A stretch of 45,255 nt of DNA from an uncultured Oscillospiraceae bacterium. Lineage in GTDB: Bacteria > Bacillota > Clostridia > Oscillospirales > Oscillospiraceae. A program made the position numbers and the translations under genes. This document shows, in pieces, positions 8,464 through 16,992 of the stretch. Position 1 is the first letter of the stretch. Each line of letters starts with the position of its first letter. Where the stretch lies: the NCBI GenBank assembly GCA_964426125.1, contig CAYROZ010000001.1, forward strand, positions 1 to 45,255, read 5' to 3'. The notes beneath the pieces were generated by a model that was given only the letters and a program-made list of their open reading frames with translations, was not told the DNA's origin and ran no database searches.

Positions 8464-9465
8464 TCAAAGCCCCCTTGTAGCAAAGGCGTTGAGCGAGCTG
8501 TCCGCCCGCGCGCCCGTGAGATATTCATAATAGCCCTGCGCGCCGATCATGGCCGCGTTGTCGCCGCAAAGCCGCAGCGGCGGAACATGAAGCGCGATGC
8601 CGGCCTTTTGGCACGCTGCTTCAAAATCCGCGCGGATGCGGCTGTTGGCCGCCACGCCGCCCGCCACGGCCAGACGCTTATATCCAAGCTCGCCCGCCGC
8701 CTGCATCGTGCGCCCGACCAGCGACTCGGACACCGCCCGGCAAAGACTTGCGGCAAGACCCGCCTTGTCCAGCTCCTCGCCGGTCTGCTCGGCGTGGTGG
8801 GCGATGTTGATAACGGCGGTTTTCAGCCCCGAAAAGCTCATGTCGTAAGGGTTTTGGCCCACGAACGGCCGCGGCAGGGCATAGCGTGTGTCGTCGCCGG
8901 TTTTGGCCAAGTCATCGATGGGCTTGCCGCCGGGATAGGGCAGCCCCAGAACGCGCGCGCATTTGTCGAAGCATTCGCCCGCCGCGTCGTCGCGCGTTTG
9001 GCCGAGAATGTGCATATCCGTGTAGCCGCGCACGTCCACCAGCATGGTGTTGCCGCCGGAGATGGCCAAACACAAAAACGGCGGCTCCAGCTCCGGGTAG
9101 GCGATGTAGTTTGCGGCGATGTGGCCGCGGATGTGGTGCACCGGCACCAGCGGCACATCCAGCGCCAGCGCGGCGGATTTGGCAAAATTCACGCCCACCA
9201 GCAGCGCGCCGATCAGCCCCGGCGCATAGGTGCAGGCGATGGCGTCCACGTCCGCGCGGGTCTTGCCCGCCTGTTCCAGCGCCCGCGTGGCCAGCCGGGA
9301 GATGACCTCCAGGTGGCTGCGCGCCGCGATCTCCGGCACCACGCCGCCGTAAACCGCGTGCAGATCGGCCTGCGAGAAAATCGCGTCGGCCAGCACGTGC
9401 CGGCCGTCTTCCACCAACGCCACGGCGGTCTCGTCGCAGCTGGATTCAAAGGACATAATCAGCAT
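8464..9465 (-). CDS. tsaD: tRNA N6-adenosine threonylcarbamoyltransferase TsaD
   Basis: FESSCDETA, VPVHHIRGH, and the Kae1/Gcp fold throughout. ATG 9465 overlaps the rimI stop by 1 nt (TGATG). An in-frame GTG at 9468 is the alternative start. Confidence 0.95.
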   Translation of the reverse strand: MLIMSFESSCDETAVALVEDGRHVLADAIFSQADLHAVYGGVVPEIAARSHLEVISRLATRALEQAGKTRADVDAIACTYAPGLIGALLVGVNFAKSAALALDVPLVPVHHIRGHIAANYIAYPELEPPFLCLAISGGNTMLVDVRGYTDMHILGQTRDDAAGECFDKCARVLGLPYPGGKPIDDLAKTGDDTRYALPRPFVGQNPYDMSFSGLKTAVINIAHHAEQTGEELDKAGLAASLCRAVSESLVGRTMQAAGELGYKRLAVAGGVAANSRIRADFEAACQKAGIALHVPPLRLCGDNAAMIGAQGYYEYLTGARADSSLNAFATRGL

Positions 9466-9890
9466 CACAAAAACCTCGTCATCAAAATTGCGTCCTCGCG
9501 GGGCGCACGGTAATAATCCTTCCGCCGGCCAACCTCGGCATAGCCGTGCTTTTTATATAGCGCGATGGCCGCCGCATTCGACGCGCGCACCTCCAGCGTG
9601 ATGAAGGAAAGCGCGAGCGCGCGCGCGCGTTCAAGCGCCGCATTCATCAGCGCGTCCGCCGCGCCCTGCCGCCGCCACTTCGGGGCCACGGCGATGTTAT
9701 CGACCGAGCCTTCGTCCAAAACGCTTGAAAAGCATAAATAGCCCATCAGCTCGCCCCCGTCCGAAACCGCCGCGAGAAAGCGTTCGCGCTGCTGCTCGAT
9801 CACGGCATTCGGCCACGGGTCGGCAAAGCAGAGCTGCTCGATGGCTTCAATGGCGGAAAGCTGGTCCGCGCCTGCCGGTTCAATGCGCAT
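9465..9890 (-). CDS. rimI: GNAT acetyltransferase, ribosomal-protein-alanine N-acetyltransferase type
   Basis: 141 aa. Acetyl-CoA motif VAPKWRRQGAADALM. Position inside the tsa cluster. Start overlaps the polA stop by 11 nt. Confidence 0.85.
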   Translation of the reverse strand: MRIEPAGADQLSAIEAIEQLCFADPWPNAVIEQQRERFLAAVSDGGELMGYLCFSSVLDEGSVDNIAVAPKWRRQGAADALMNAALERARALALSFITLEVRASNAAAIALYKKHGYAEVGRRKDYYRAPREDAILMTRFL

Positions 9891-12453
9891 CGGCCCAGCT
9901 CCTTGCCGCCTTCGCGTCCACTGTGAGCGGCACGGAAAGTTCCGCCGCGCCCTCCATGGCCTCGACCAAAACGGCCTTGACCTCCTCCGCCAGCGCCTCC
10001 GGGCACTCCGCGATCAGCTCGTCGTGCACCTGCAAAAGCAGCCGCGCCTGCGGCACCCGCTCGCGCAAAAGCCGGTCGGCCCGCAGCATCGCCAGCTTCA
10101 TCACGTCCGCTGCCGTGCCCTGAATGGGCATGTTGCGCGCCACGCGCTCGCCGAACGAGCGCAGATTGAAGTTTGAGCTTGCCAGCTCCGGCAGTGCGCG
10201 CCGCCGCCCGTAAAGCGTTTGGCAGAAGCCCTTTTCCTTCGCCTCGGCGATGGTGCGCTCCATGTATTCGCGCACGCCGCTGTATTTTTCCAGATAAGTC
10301 TCGATGTATGCTTTGGCCTCCGCCTGCGGCACATCGATGTCCTGCGCCAGCGAAAAGGCGGAGATGCCGTACACGATGCCGAAGTTCACGGCCTTGGCGT
10401 GCGAGCGCATCTGCGCCGTCACATCCTCCGGCGCCACGCCGAAAACCTGCGCCGCCGTGAGCCGGTGAACATCCTCGCCGGAGCGGAAGCCCTCGATCAT
10501 GCGCTCATCGCCGCTCATGTGTGCCAGCAGCCGCAGCTCGATCTGGGAGTAGTCCGCGTCCACGAGCGTCTGGCCGGGCCCGGCGATGAACATCCGGCGG
10601 ATGAGCGCGCCGCTCGGCTTGCGGATGGGGATGTTCTGCAAATTCGGCTCCGTGGAGGAAAGGCGGCCCGTGGCCGTCACGGTCATCTGGAAGCTGGTGT
10701 GGATGCGCCCGTCCGGGCCGATCACCTTCAGAAGTCCGTCGGCATAGGTGCTTTTCAGCTTGGCCAGCTCCCGGTAGTCCAGCACGCGCTGCACAATGGG
10801 ATGGTCGGCGCGCAGCCGGTCAAGCACATCCGCGTTGGTGGACCAGCCGGTCTTGGTCTTTTTTCCCGCGGGCAGACCCAGCTCGCCGAACAAAACCTCG
10901 CCGAGCTGCTTGGGGGAGTTGATGTTGAATTTGTGGCCGGCCTCGGCCCAGATCTGCGCTTCAAGCTGCTCGATCTCGCCCGTCAGACTCTCGCCGAAAT
11001 CGTAAAGCGCCTTGCGGTCGACCAGAAAGCCCTCGCGCTCCATGCGGGCCAAAACGCCGCACAGCGGCAGCTCCATGTCGTAATAAAGCTTTTCCATGCC
11101 GTTCTCGCGCAGCTTTTCATCCAAAACCGGATACAGCGCCATCAGCGCGTCCGCGCCGTCGTGGGAGCCGGAGAGATATTTGGCGGCCAGCTTGTCCGGT
11201 GCGTAGTCCGAATCCGTGGCGCTCAGCAGATACCCGGCCAGCGCCGTGTCGAACACGAAGCCCTCGGGCGAAAGCCCCTCGTCCAGACAAAGCCGCTGCA
11301 CGTCCTTGACGTTGTGGCCGATCTTTTTCGTTTCCGGCGAAAACACCAGCCGCAAAAGTGCGTTGTAGCCGTCGGCGGTCTCCTCCATGGCGAAAAGCCC
11401 GCCCTGCGCGCCCGAGCGCAGTGTGAAGCAATTTATCCCGTCGCAGAGCGCCAGCGTGTCCAGCCCGTCCGCCGGAAGCACGGCCAGAAGCGGCGCGCGC
11501 TGCACGCGCTCCATCGCCTCGCCGATGGAAAGCTCGATCGCCGGGTATTCCGGCGCGGCGGCGGTTTCCTCCGCCGGGGCCAGACCCCATTTTTCGATCA
11601 GCTTGAAAAAGCCGAGCCGGCGGCAGATGTCATAAAGCGCGCCGCTGGGCTTCAGCGACCAAAGCGTCTGCTCCGGCGCAAGCTCAATGGGAGCCTCCGG
11701 CCGGATGGTGGCAAGGTCATAGGAAAAATAGGCCATGTCGCGCCCGGCCGTAAGCTTTGTGCGCTGCGCGGGCTTGATGGAGGCGTCGTCCAGATTCTCA
11801 TACACGCCGTCCAGCGTGCCGAAGCGCTGCAAAAGCGCCAGCGCCGTTTTCTCGCCGATGCCGGCCACGCCGGGGATGTTGTCGGAGCTGTCGCCCATGA
11901 GGGCCTTGAGATCGACCATGCGCCCCGGCTCCATGCCGTATTCCTCGCGGAAGCGATCGGGGGTGTATTCCGTGGTCTCGGTCGCGCCCATGCGCGTTTT
12001 GATAAGGTCAACATGGGTCCCGTCCGTAATGAGCTGCAGGGCGTCCTTGTCGCCCGTGACCAGACGGCACTGCCAGCCCGCGGCCTCGCAGCGCTTTGCC
12101 AGCGTGCCCAGCAGATCGTCGGCCTCCCAGCCCGCCATCTCCAGCCGCCGGATGCCCATCGCGTCCAGAAACTCTTTCAAAAGGGGGATCTGCACGCGCA
12201 GCTCGTCGTCCATGGGGCGGCGCTGGGCCTTGTAGCCGTCGTACATCCTGTGGCGGAAGGTGGGCGCATGAACGTCGAAGCACACGCAAAGTCCGTCCGG
12301 CGCTTCCAGCTCCAGCAGCCGCTGCAATATGGCAACAAAGCCGTAAACGGCGTTTGTGGGCGTGCCGTCGGGCGCGTTGAGCATCCGGATGCCGAAATAG
12401 GCGCGGTTAACGATGGAGTTGCCGTCGATGACCATGAGTTTTTTGCTTTCCAT
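9880..12453 (-). CDS. polA: DNA polymerase I
   Basis: 857 aa. 5'-nuclease N-terminus (LMVIDGNSIVNRAYF, GDSSDNIPGVAGIGEKTA). Pol motifs DYSQIELRLLAH, KAVNFGIVYG, QVHDELI. The central region (LLAVLPADGLDTLALCDG) appears to lack the DxE ExoI motif, as in proofreading-deficient Firmicute Pol I. Confidence 0.97.
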   Translation of the reverse strand: MESKKLMVIDGNSIVNRAYFGIRMLNAPDGTPTNAVYGFVAILQRLLELEAPDGLCVCFDVHAPTFRHRMYDGYKAQRRPMDDELRVQIPLLKEFLDAMGIRRLEMAGWEADDLLGTLAKRCEAAGWQCRLVTGDKDALQLITDGTHVDLIKTRMGATETTEYTPDRFREEYGMEPGRMVDLKALMGDSSDNIPGVAGIGEKTALALLQRFGTLDGVYENLDDASIKPAQRTKLTAGRDMAYFSYDLATIRPEAPIELAPEQTLWSLKPSGALYDICRRLGFFKLIEKWGLAPAEETAAAPEYPAIELSIGEAMERVQRAPLLAVLPADGLDTLALCDGINCFTLRSGAQGGLFAMEETADGYNALLRLVFSPETKKIGHNVKDVQRLCLDEGLSPEGFVFDTALAGYLLSATDSDYAPDKLAAKYLSGSHDGADALMALYPVLDEKLRENGMEKLYYDMELPLCGVLARMEREGFLVDRKALYDFGESLTGEIEQLEAQIWAEAGHKFNINSPKQLGEVLFGELGLPAGKKTKTGWSTNADVLDRLRADHPIVQRVLDYRELAKLKSTYADGLLKVIGPDGRIHTSFQMTVTATGRLSSTEPNLQNIPIRKPSGALIRRMFIAGPGQTLVDADYSQIELRLLAHMSGDERMIEGFRSGEDVHRLTAAQVFGVAPEDVTAQMRSHAKAVNFGIVYGISAFSLAQDIDVPQAEAKAYIETYLEKYSGVREYMERTIAEAKEKGFCQTLYGRRRALPELASSNFNLRSFGERVARNMPIQGTAADVMKLAMLRADRLLRERVPQARLLLQVHDELIAECPEALAEEVKAVLVEAMEGAAELSVPLTVDAKAARSWADAH

Positions 12454-12477
12454 GTGCGTGAGCCCCTTCGCATTTTT

Positions 12478-12519
12478 ACTCTAATATATCAATATACCAC
12501 ATTCAACAGCAAAAGGAAA
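12478..12519 (-). promoter_or_regulatory. Promoter region of the polA-tsa-upp operon
   Basis: Two overlapping minus-strand candidates. One is TTGAAT (12506..12501), 17-nt spacer, TAGAGT (12483..12478). The other is an extended -10 TGgTATATT (-10 at 12496..12491). Confidence 0.45.
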
Positions 12520-12551
12520 CGCCCGGGAAACGAAAAGTTTCCGCCCATCGG

Positions 12552-12581
12552 TTGACAAGCAGGTCTTAAAAATGGTATATT
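12552..12581 (+). promoter_or_regulatory. Promoter of tRNA-Ser
   Basis: TTGACA (12552..12557), 18-nt spacer, TGgTATATT (-10 at 12576..12581), about 20 nt upstream of the mature tRNA 5' end. Confidence 0.75.
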
Positions 12582-12600
12582 GAAGGGCACAAGTTCATAG

Positions 12601-12691
12601 GGAGATGTATCGAAGTGGTCGTAACGAGGCTGACTCGAAATCAGTTGACGAGTAACATCGTCCGGGGGTTCGAATCCCTCCATCTCCGCCA
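12601..12691 (+). tRNA. tRNA-Ser (anticodon CGA), class II with long variable arm, CCA encoded
   Basis: Acceptor GGAGATG pairs with CATCTCC. Anticodon stem GCTGA/TCAGT with loop CTCGAAA (CGA). Variable arm GACGA-GTAACA-TCGTC. T-arm GGGGG-TTCGAAT-CCCTC. Discriminator G followed by CCA. Confidence 0.93.
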
Positions 12692-12700
12692 CGAAAAAAA

Positions 12701-12726
12701 GCACTTGCCTAAGCAAGTGCTTTTTT
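12701..12726. terminator. Bidirectional terminator (tRNA-Ser / lipoprotein operon)
   Basis: GCACTTGC-CTAA-GCAAGTGC hairpin flanked by an A7 run upstream and a T6 run downstream. Confidence 0.85.
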
Positions 12727-12764
12727 CCATGCTATCCGTTTCCCTGCGCCGGGCGAGGCGCGCG

Positions 12765-14117
12765 TCATTCGTCCAGCAGGTCGCTGGGCACGGCCGCGTT
12801 GAGATAGGCCATGAATTCCTCCGGCGTGACGTCCGCGCTTTTTACGTTGCCAAGACCGTCGTTGCAGCCGTCCACCACCTCGATGAAGATATAATAGCCG
12901 GCCTCTGCGCTGCGGCCCAGCTCCGCCCAGGCGTACATCCGCCCTTCTTCATAGGACGACCACACCACGCCCACGATCTGCGCCGCAAAGGACAGGGTCT
13001 CGCCGTCCAGCGTCAGCTTCTCCCGGGAAACCGATTCCGGCAGATCGCCGTAGCGGGCAAGCTGCTGGTCGATTTTGGAGACGAGATATTCCTCCGTGCC
13101 GTGAACGGCGGTGTAGTGGATTTCGCGGTTGTCCTCGCGCTTAAAGGAAACGTGATCGTAGCCCTTGTCGGCCAGCGCAAAGCCCTCGGGCGCTGTGATG
13201 TCAATGAGCGCGGAGCCCTCCCGAATGGTAAAGCTTCCGTCCCCGTTGTCCGGCTCGTCGGAAAGCAGCCGCATCCATTTCTCCGCCCGGTCCTTTGCCC
13301 CTTCGGGCAGCGTCGTTTCCTCCTGCGCCTCGTAGGAGAGGAACACGGCCGAAGCGGTGCAGCGGGAGACGTCCGCCTGGGCATACAGGGGAGCCACCGC
13401 CTCGCTCACGCCGGAGAAGGTCAGCTCCTCCGCCAGCGGCAGATAGCTGCTTTTGTCCAGATAAAGCCGCACATCGCAGCTCAGGGCGGAGCCGTCCGGC
13501 GCCCCGGCGGTGTCCGATTCGCCGACCTGCTGGCGGAGCCCGTCCAGCATCCCGTCCAGCGCGGCCAGCAGGGCCTCGCCGCCGATCCGGCTGGTCAGGC
13601 AGAGGGCATCCTTCCCCTCGTATTCCGTCACGCTTTCGTCGATGGCGGCGTTGGCGGCATCCACGCTGACAGCGGAGGCGGCCCGCGCCAGTTCCTCCGG
13701 CGTTTGCCCGGTGGACAGCTTCATCCAAACGCCGTCGGAATGGAGGTAGGTGACCAGAGTCCCATCCTCCAAAATGGAGTAGTTTTCGGTGACGCTCTGG
13801 CTCCTTTCGCCGCCGATGTCCAGCTCCGTCGCCGCTGTGGTATAGCCGGAAACCGGCTCCAGCGAAACGCGTACATCGCTGGTGGTTTTGGCGCTCGCGG
13901 CAAGGCTGCCGCCCGCTCCGTCGTCCAGCGTCATGGCCAGCTCCATGACCAGCTGCGCCTCGGTGCAGGGCGTCTGCGCCAGGGCGGTCTGCATTTTCTC
14001 CACCACCTGCGCCGCGGTTTCGGGCTCAGGCTCGGGCTCGGTCCTGGCTGCGCAGGCGCAGCAGGAAAGCGCGATCAGGGCCGCCAGACAAACGGCCAGA
14101 AATCGTTTCGTTTTCAT
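12765..14117 (-). CDS. Lipoprotein of unknown function
   Basis: Start at ATG 14117 (SD GAAGGAGAAAAACA). Signal peptide with Cys-rich lipobox region LIALSCCAC followed by a PEPEPE linker. No recognisable catalytic motif. Confidence 0.7.
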   Translation of the reverse strand: MKTKRFLAVCLAALIALSCCACAARTEPEPEPETAAQVVEKMQTALAQTPCTEAQLVMELAMTLDDGAGGSLAASAKTTSDVRVSLEPVSGYTTAATELDIGGERSQSVTENYSILEDGTLVTYLHSDGVWMKLSTGQTPEELARAASAVSVDAANAAIDESVTEYEGKDALCLTSRIGGEALLAALDGMLDGLRQQVGESDTAGAPDGSALSCDVRLYLDKSSYLPLAEELTFSGVSEAVAPLYAQADVSRCTASAVFLSYEAQEETTLPEGAKDRAEKWMRLLSDEPDNGDGSFTIREGSALIDITAPEGFALADKGYDHVSFKREDNREIHYTAVHGTEEYLVSKIDQQLARYGDLPESVSREKLTLDGETLSFAAQIVGVVWSSYEEGRMYAWAELGRSAEAGYYIFIEVVDGCNDGLGNVKSADVTPEEFMAYLNAAVPSDLLDE

Positions 14118-14182
14118 TGTTTTTCTCCTTCGGTTGTTTTGTGCAGCGGCGGCCCTTAAGCGCCCGGCCGCTCTGTCCTGTC

Positions 14183-14821
14183 TCACGGGGCCGCTTCGAA
14201 TACCGGCTGGAAGCGCTCGGCGTAATAAAGCAGTTCCTCCGGTGTAAAGCCGCCGCTGATGCAAAAGAACAAGTTCCCCTTTGTCCAAACGATGCTGCTG
14301 TCCTTCGCCGGGTCGTCCGGGATATACAGCTCCCCGGCCGCGCCCGCGATGTCCACCGGCCGGATCGTGCAGCCCTCGGTTTCCACATAGGCATGGCCTC
14401 CGGTCCCGGCGGAAACAAAGCACGACCGTCCGCTGTCCTCGTTCTGGTAGATCATGATCTGCTGGCCCAGCCCCTCGTCGCAGATGCGGCTTATCTCCGT
14501 GTATCCGGGCGGCAGCTCCGTAAGCTCGTGGGGAATGAAGCCGGTGCCGGGCTCGGCGGGGGCTTCTGTCCCGCCGCGGTATTCGTAATGCGTAAAGGTC
14601 TCATACTGCGCCCGGACCCAGCCCGCCACGATGCCGCGCAGCTCGGCGCTGACCGCCATGGCCGTGCCCAGCGTTAACAGCAGGGCCAGACAGGCCGCAA
14701 GGGCCATGCGCAGCAGCGGTCTCATCCGGCGGCGCTTTGCCGGGGCCTGATACGTCAGCGCTTCTTCTATATAGCGGTCGCCGATCTCGTTCATGGCAAG
14801 GGAAAACAGTGCAAAACTCAT
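14183..14821 (-). CDS. DUF4367-type single-pass membrane protein (putative anti-sigma/partner of the adjacent sigma factor)
   Basis: ATG 14821 overlaps the sigma gene stop (ATGA). N-terminus MNEIGDRYIEEAL, one TM (LLRMALAACLALLLTLGTAMAV), and an extracytoplasmic C-domain, as seen downstream of clostridial ECF-like sigma genes. Confidence 0.65.
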   Translation of the reverse strand: MSFALFSLAMNEIGDRYIEEALTYQAPAKRRRMRPLLRMALAACLALLLTLGTAMAVSAELRGIVAGWVRAQYETFTHYEYRGGTEAPAEPGTGFIPHELTELPPGYTEISRICDEGLGQQIMIYQNEDSGRSCFVSAGTGGHAYVETEGCTIRPVDIAGAAGELYIPDDPAKDSSIVWTKGNLFFCISGGFTPEELLYYAERFQPVFEAAP

Positions 14822-15375
14822 GCAAGCACCCCCTCCCGCACCAGATACGCCTTGAGCTGGCGGCGCAGGCGGCTCAGTCTCACGGAGACGTTCTTCTCGC
14901 TCAGACCCACCCGCCGGGCGATCTCCTCGTAGGAATCGGAAAACCAGTACCGCCGCAGAAAAATCACGCGGTTTTCGGCGCAAAGCGTGTCCATAAACGC
15001 CTCGATCGTCCGCGCCAGCGCTTTTGCATCCATGGCGCCCTCCACTGTTTCCGGCGCCATCACATCGCGCTCCACCTCGCTCAGGGCGATGTCGTAAAGG
15101 CTGTTGCGCTTGATGGCGGTGTTGGCATGGTAGCGCTTGACCGAGAGATTGCGCACGATTTTGCACAGGAAGGTCAGCAGCGGGTTTGGCCGCTGCGGCG
15201 GAATGGCGTTCCATGTGCCCAGATACGCATCGTTTACGCATTCCTCCGCATCGAGGCGGTTGTTCAGTATCCGATAGGAGAGCCTGCGGCACTCGCTTCC
15301 GTATTTGATGTCCAGCTCCTCGATCGCCTGCTGGTCGCGGGCAAAAAACAACTCGATGATCTGTGTGTCCTCCAC
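14818..15375 (-). CDS. Sigma-70 family (ECF-like) RNA polymerase sigma factor
   Basis: GTG start at 15375 preceded by AAAGGAGGGGACCGC. Region 2 (DAEECVNDAYLGTWN, PNPLLTFLCKIVRN) and region 4 HTH (SYEEIARRVGLSEKNVSVRLSRLRRQLK). Confidence 0.85.
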   Translation of the reverse strand: MEDTQIIELFFARDQQAIEELDIKYGSECRRLSYRILNNRLDAEECVNDAYLGTWNAIPPQRPNPLLTFLCKIVRNLSVKRYHANTAIKRNSLYDIALSEVERDVMAPETVEGAMDAKALARTIEAFMDTLCAENRVIFLRRYWFSDSYEEIARRVGLSEKNVSVRLSRLRRQLKAYLVREGVLA

Positions 15376-15514
15376 GCGGTCCCCTCCTTTCCCGGCTGCG
15401 GGCAGCGCCGTGCGCCCCGCGCCATACCCCACATATATACTACTACGGTTTTTTCGAAAAAAACTACACCCGAAATCGAAACTTTGAAGGAGATATTATC
15501 CCCCCGGCGGGGAA

Positions 15515-15548
15515 ACAAAAAGCAGAGGCGCGCGTCCTCTGCTTTTTG
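15515..15548. terminator. Terminator downstream of the secreted-protein gene
   Basis: AGCAGAGG-CGCGCGT-CCTCTGCT hairpin (15521..15543) with A/T runs on both sides. It lies 15 nt after the stop at 15563 on the minus strand. Confidence 0.75.
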
Positions 15549-15562
15549 GGTTTTGATTTATT

Positions 15563-16861
15563 TCATTTTGAAGCCTCGCCGGAGGGCTCTGTGGAGGCGG
15601 GAGAGCTCTCCACCTCATAGTTTCCGGCCTGGATTTCGTTATACAGCGTTTTCAGCAGGTCGAGATACGAGGGCGTTTCGTCCAGCGTTGCGCCGGAAAC
15701 GGCGTCCGCCGTCTGCCAGTAGCCGGTCTCGCCCTTGGTGATGCCGCCGTCGGCGTAGTAGTCGTAGTCAAAGCCGTATTCGGCCACAAAATCCTTGATG
15801 GCCTGCATATTGCCGGGGAAGGTGATCGGGCTCATCCAGAAATGCACGCCGTGGCCGTTCGTTTCCTTATAGGGAATGTCGAGCACTGCGGCCGCGCTGC
15901 CGTCCGGTGCGGGAAGGACCTCCACCGGCGTGCGCGAGGCCTCGACATACCAGGCTGCGCCCTCGTCCGTGCGGACGTAATCGTTCAGCGTGGTCTCGGT
16001 GCCGTTTATCTCGGCGGAGTAGTCCACGGCGACGGCCGCTGCCGGATGGCTCGAGACCGCGCCCGTCCAAAGAATGCCGCCGATGCGCAGATACTTCGCG
16101 TACTGCACGCCGTCGGAGATGGTGACCAGCGCATCTGTCTTGCCGAGGGTGTCCAGCAGCGCCGTGTCCGTCACGCAGGCCCAGCCCATGGAAGCGCCGT
16201 TATCGTCCCAGGGCAGCATCGGCTGGATGAAGCGGATGGCGTACAGTTCGTCGTTCGCTCTGTCCCAGTACATCGTGGCCATGATCACGGCGTCCTGCAT
16301 GGAGGCGGGGCTTTTGGTATACACGCTGTAGCCCGTCGCGCTCACGATCGCGGCATCGGCCGGAAATTCCGGCGCGGCAAAGAGGTCTTCCTTCACCTCG
16401 CGCACTTCTGCATCGTATTCCGGCCCGGCCACCAGCTCATCCGTGAGGATGTGGGTCAGCCGCCCGTCCTGCAGGCACAGCTCCACAATGCGCGAACCGC
16501 CCACCCAGATCTGCTCGTCCACGCTCCAGGGACTGGGGTCATCCTCGCAGGAGACCACGATCTCGAACACGCCCGCCTGTCCGGCGCGGTAGATGCCCCA
16601 AACAACGCCGTCTTCGTCCGTGTAGGTGATGCCGCCGCCGTCGGAGACCGACCAGATGTAATCCGCCTCGTTCTCGATCGCATCGACCGGCGCGGCGGTC
16701 AGATCGTGCGCGATGGCGCAGCCGTCGATCACCAGCATCGCGGCCACGGGCTCGCCCGACGCTTCGCCGGAGCCCTCGCCGGACGCTTCGCCCGAGGCGG
16801 CCAGTGCCGCGCCCACACAGAGCGTCAGCGCCAGAATGATTGCCAAAAGCTTTTTGTGCAT
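15563..16861 (-). CDS. Secreted protein of unknown function with C-terminal DxxSGAT (FMN-attachment-type) motif
   Basis: SD AAAGGAGG. Signal peptide MHKKLLAIILALTLCVGAALA. SGEASGEGSGEASGE linker at the N-terminus and TEPSGEASK at the C-terminus. DAVSGAT is encoded at 15686..15706. Confidence 0.7.
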   Translation of the reverse strand: MHKKLLAIILALTLCVGAALAASGEASGEGSGEASGEPVAAMLVIDGCAIAHDLTAAPVDAIENEADYIWSVSDGGGITYTDEDGVVWGIYRAGQAGVFEIVVSCEDDPSPWSVDEQIWVGGSRIVELCLQDGRLTHILTDELVAGPEYDAEVREVKEDLFAAPEFPADAAIVSATGYSVYTKSPASMQDAVIMATMYWDRANDELYAIRFIQPMLPWDDNGASMGWACVTDTALLDTLGKTDALVTISDGVQYAKYLRIGGILWTGAVSSHPAAAVAVDYSAEINGTETTLNDYVRTDEGAAWYVEASRTPVEVLPAPDGSAAAVLDIPYKETNGHGVHFWMSPITFPGNMQAIKDFVAEYGFDYDYYADGGITKGETGYWQTADAVSGATLDETPSYLDLLKTLYNEIQAGNYEVESSPASTEPSGEASK

Positions 16862-16890
16862 GGGAAAAACCTCCTTTTGTTCTCGCGTCT

Positions 16891-16920
16891 ATAGTACCCT
16901 GTGGGGGGCGCGCTTGTCAA
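16891..16920 (-). promoter_or_regulatory. Promoter of the secreted-protein gene
   Basis: Minus strand TTGACA (16920..16915), 18-nt spacer, TACTAT (16896..16891), about 30 nt upstream of ATG 16861. Confidence 0.6.
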
Positions 16921-16935
16921 ACCTTTCCGCGGCGC

Positions 16936-16972
16936 AAAAAGGCACGGACGCGGAAAGCTCCGGCCCGTGCCT
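16936..16972 (-). terminator. Rho-independent terminator of the reductase operon
   Basis: Minus strand AGGCACGG...CCGTGCCT (8-bp stem) followed by TTTTTG, about 20 nt after the stop at 16993. Confidence 0.75.
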
Positions 16973-16992
16973 GTTGTTATGCGGTTTTTCCG

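Noticed and set aside
12601-12765. tRNA-Ser as an integration site marking a genomic island to its right.
   Set aside because: There is no integrase or recombinase gene next to the tRNA. I could find no direct repeat of the tRNA 3' end in the window. The downstream hairpin is a normal shared terminator. Island status cannot be supported from this sequence alone.
16751-16795. Short tandem nucleotide repeat encoding SGEASGEGSGEASGE.
   Set aside because: It is in frame inside the secreted-protein gene, directly after the signal peptide. It is best explained as a low-complexity linker, not a regulatory repeat or CRISPR-like element.
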